A stretch of DNA of 10,147 bases from positions 1-10,147 of the forward strand of contig NW_021827704.1 of NCBI RefSeq assembly GCF_006345805.1, written 5' to 3'. Of the stretch, positions 7,493 through 10,147 are shown piece by piece. Position numbers and translations under genes: made by a program. This stretch comes from Octopus sinensis (taxonomy: Eukaryota). The number at the start of each line of letters is the position of its first letter. Positions within the stretch are counted from its first letter, which is position 1. The notes beneath the pieces are model-generated. The model made no database searches. It was not told the origin of the DNA and was given only the letters and a program-made list of their open reading frames with translations.

Positions 7493-7789
7493 TTTTAGAT
7501 GGTATTTCTGTTTCACGAAGGAATCTGTCTGTCCATATCCAGCGATGTACCCGGAATGCCGTGCTAAAGTTGAAAAAAAAAATAATAATGTCTAAGGGTG
7601 TAGAATGGTGCTAAGAGAAGAGAGGTGCGATCCGAGAGAGGACAGTTCTATTAGGAAATGCATACATACTGGTAGATATACTTCAACTCTCTGCTTATGA
7701 GTTGAGCCTGAGCTGAACATCAGTTTAAATATACCACTGGCAAACTGCGGAGAAAGAGAGAAACAGAACGGCAATAGTAAGCGACAAGA

Positions 7790-7911
7790 ACACCACCAAC
7801 ACCACCACCACCGCTACTGATATCAGAACCATCAACAACGATAACGGTAGCAACAACAGCAACAACAACGACAACAACGACAATAGCAACTATAAAGGGA
7901 GTAATAATTGA

Positions 7912-7962
<51 letters not shown>
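7790..7962 (+). repeat. (ACC/AAC)-rich low complexity followed by (AAT)n at about 7910-7962
   Basis: Directly visible. Confidence 0.92.
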
Positions 7963-7963
<1 letters not shown>

Positions 7964-8131
7964 TTTTTTTTTTTAGACATTCATTAGTACAACACCAAAA
8001 ACTCCCCCCCTCCCAAATATATGGCACACTAGGCATAACAACAACATGAACTTCCAACCTGTTGTCTCTTGAGGTCTCTGGGTGAGACTTGGAGCCAACT
8101 TGTACAAATATAAAGCCAAAGTCAAACATAG
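7964..8131 (+). mobile_element. Retroelement 3' UTR fragment (family C, copy 2)
   Basis: Homologous to the inverted copy at 4915-5120; same 3' end GTCAAACATA followed by (AAT)n at 8132-8214. Confidence 0.7.
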
Positions 8132-8215
8132 AATAATAATATAGTAATAATAATAATAATAATGATAATAATAATAATAATAATAATAATAATATAATAA
8201 TAATAATAATAATAA

Positions 8216-8768
8216 GCCCTGATGCAGTACCAGGCAGTGGCTCTCATGACTTCTGATCTTAACTGATTGGAAGTGTCATCATGTACATTGTTTTGTCTTG
8301 TTATAAAAGATGGGCTGCAGCAAATATTCTGCTCAATACCACAGATTTGCTTGTCAGTTGTTTGACCTTAACCAGTTGAGCATGTCCCTTAGTGGCTGAC
8401 AATATGTGCATCTCTGATCATGAGCAGAAGTAGTGGGGGAACATCATAGCCATGTGTTGAGAGGGATTCTTTGGGGTTTGAATAATTCACCTCTGGAAAC
8501 ATGGGTGTTTCGTTCAACATCCTTAAACAACCCTTATTCTGGGACCTTTTGAGCAGGATAGGTTACTCGACGAGAAGAAAATTCTAACTGGAACCCACCT
8601 GCAAGGTCATGTGCTGTTTATCTTGACATTAGATCACCATGTCGCACACAGATGGTTGTGATGCATGTGCCTAGTTGTACCCTTATCAGACGGGTAGTCA
8701 TGATGAGTATACTGGGCTTCGTAAATTTTACCCCAGTATCACTTTGATGGCATGCACTGCTCTCTCAC
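8216..8768 (+). mobile_element. About 550-bp non-coding interspersed repeat (family E, copy 1) embedded in (AAT)n
   Basis: A second copy lies at 9471-9908. No ORF and no clear Pol III boxes. It ends CTGCTCTCTCAC followed by AAT repeats. Orientation is inferred from the end shared by both copies. Confidence 0.8.
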
Positions 8769-8787
8769 ATAATATAATAATAATATG

Positions 8788-8840
<53 letters not shown>

Positions 8841-8880
8841 GAAGAAGAAGAAGAAGAAGAAGAATAAGAATAATAAGAAT
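8769..8880 (+). repeat. Compound (AAT)n(GAA)n(AAT/AAG) microsatellite shared by family E copy 1 and the S2 SINE tail
   Basis: Directly visible. Confidence 0.95.
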
Positions 8881-8882
8881 AC

Positions 8883-9091
8883 TCCTTTCTACAATAGGCA
8901 CAAGGCCTTGGAAAATTTAGGAGAAAGGGCTATTCGATTCCGTCGTCCCCAGTGCGTAACTGGTACTTATTTCATCGATCCAGAAAGGATGAAAGGTAAA
9001 GTCAACCTCACAAGTATTTGAACTCAAAACGAGAAGACAGACGAAATGCCGCTAAACATTTCTAATCGGCACGGTGACACAGCTCACCACC
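8883..9091 (-). mobile_element. Near full-length S2 SINE (tRNA-like head, core and tail)
   Basis: The minus strand starts GGTGGTGAGCTG..., has B-box-like GAGTTCAAATAC, then GAGGTTGACTTTACCTTTCATCCTTTCTGGATCGATGAAATAAGTACCAG. The tail GCCTTGTGCCT...AAAGGA is as in 681-720. Confidence 0.8.
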
Positions 9092-9306
9092 TTTATAACA
9101 AAAACAACAACAGCGACGACAACAACAACAACAACAACAGCAACGTTAGGAATACAGCAGTAGCACAAAAAAAAAAACAGCGACAACAACAACAACAACA
9201 ACAACAATAATAAAGTCAGCAAGCACGGATCACAATCAGCGATGACAATGGCAATGAATCGATGGTGATGTTGATATTGCTATTGTTGAGTAGCTGTACT
9301 TGAGCA

Positions 9307-9387
9307 ATGATGATGATGATGATGACAATGAAGATGATGCTGATGTTGATACTACTACTCTACTACTACTACTACTACTACTACTAC

Positions 9388-9419
<32 letters not shown>

Positions 9420-9432
9420 TAATAATAATAAT
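9307..9432 (+). repeat. Compound (GAT)n(ACT)n(AAT)4 microsatellite
   Basis: Directly visible. Confidence 0.95.
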
Positions 9433-9470
9433 CTCTTGGTAATGATATGGTGCCAAATTTCTGGCTCGCA

Positions 9471-9908
9471 TCTTGTTATAAAAGATGGGCTACAGCAAAT
9501 ATTCTGCTCAATACCACAGATTTGCTTGTCAGTTGCTTGACCATAACCAGTTGAGCATGTCCCTTAGTGGCTGACGATATGTGCATCTCTGATCACGAGC
9601 AGAAGTAGTGGGGGAACATCATAGGCGTGTGTTGAGAAGAATTCTTCGGGGTTTGAATAATTCACGTCTGGAAACATGGGTGTCTCATTCTTCATTCCTA
9701 AATAAACTTTTTGAAGAAAATTCTAACTGAGCCCCACCTGCAAGGTCATGCGCTGTTTATCTTGATATGAGATCACCACATCGCGCACATATGGGTGTGA
9801 TGCATGTATTTGGTGTACCCTTATAAGACGGGTAGTAATAATGGGTATACTGGACTTCGTATATTTGTATCTCAGTGTCATTTAGATGCATGCGCTGCTC
9901 TCTCACTC
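9471..9908 (+). mobile_element. Family E copy 2 (left end missing, about 35-40-bp internal deletion)
   Basis: Collinear with 8296-8768 from TCTTGTTATAAAAGATGGGCT to CTGCTCTCTCAC. It lacks most of the segment between CATCCTTAAACAA and GAAGAAAATTCTAACTG seen in copy 1. Confidence 0.82.
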
Positions 9909-9909
9909 C

Positions 9910-10043
<134 letters not shown>

Positions 10044-10147
10044 ATATGATGACGATAATAAAGAAGATAGTTATATGTATATATAAAAGGCAGAAGGTGT
10101 GTGGTGGGTGTACGTGAATGTAATTTATGTACGCCCACAAATTAGCA

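Noticed and set aside
8670-8745. Possible hammerhead or HDV-like ribozyme in family E (CTGATAAG and CGAAG on the minus strand)
   Set aside because: The core deviates from CUGANGA/GAAA, the required stems are not arranged correctly, spacing is too short for an HDV fold, and copy 2 lacks the motif. No canonical hammerhead core with matching stems was seen elsewhere by eye.

Overview
Eukaryotic, repeat-rich intronic DNA. The SINE families and the AT/AAT microsatellite load look like an octopod cephalopod genome; this is inferred from recalled repeat families, not from a search. The window holds two minus-strand coding exons of a canonical TRP (TRPC-family) cation channel gene: 3061-2800 (pre-S1/S1, S1-S2 loop, start of S2) and 1163-1007 (S2-S3). 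They splice in frame through a 1636-nt GT-AG intron, and the rest of the gene lies outside the window. Almost everything else is microsatellite, tRNA-derived SINEs and short non-LTR retrotransposon remnants. The main pattern is eight retroelement pieces that each lie against an (AAT)n tract read on their own strand, often stacked head-to-tail with AAT spacers. Four carry recognisable R4/Dong restriction-like endonuclease or C-terminal motifs. The other four are two copies each of two non-coding families. Other points of interest are a His-rich S1-S2 loop, inverted SINEs bracketing the two exons, a 44-bp-arm intronic hairpin, a YCAY-dense tract after one donor, and a candidate 75-nt cassette exon. 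Apart from the two TRPC exons and the retroelement remnants, the ORF-track entries are low-complexity artefacts.
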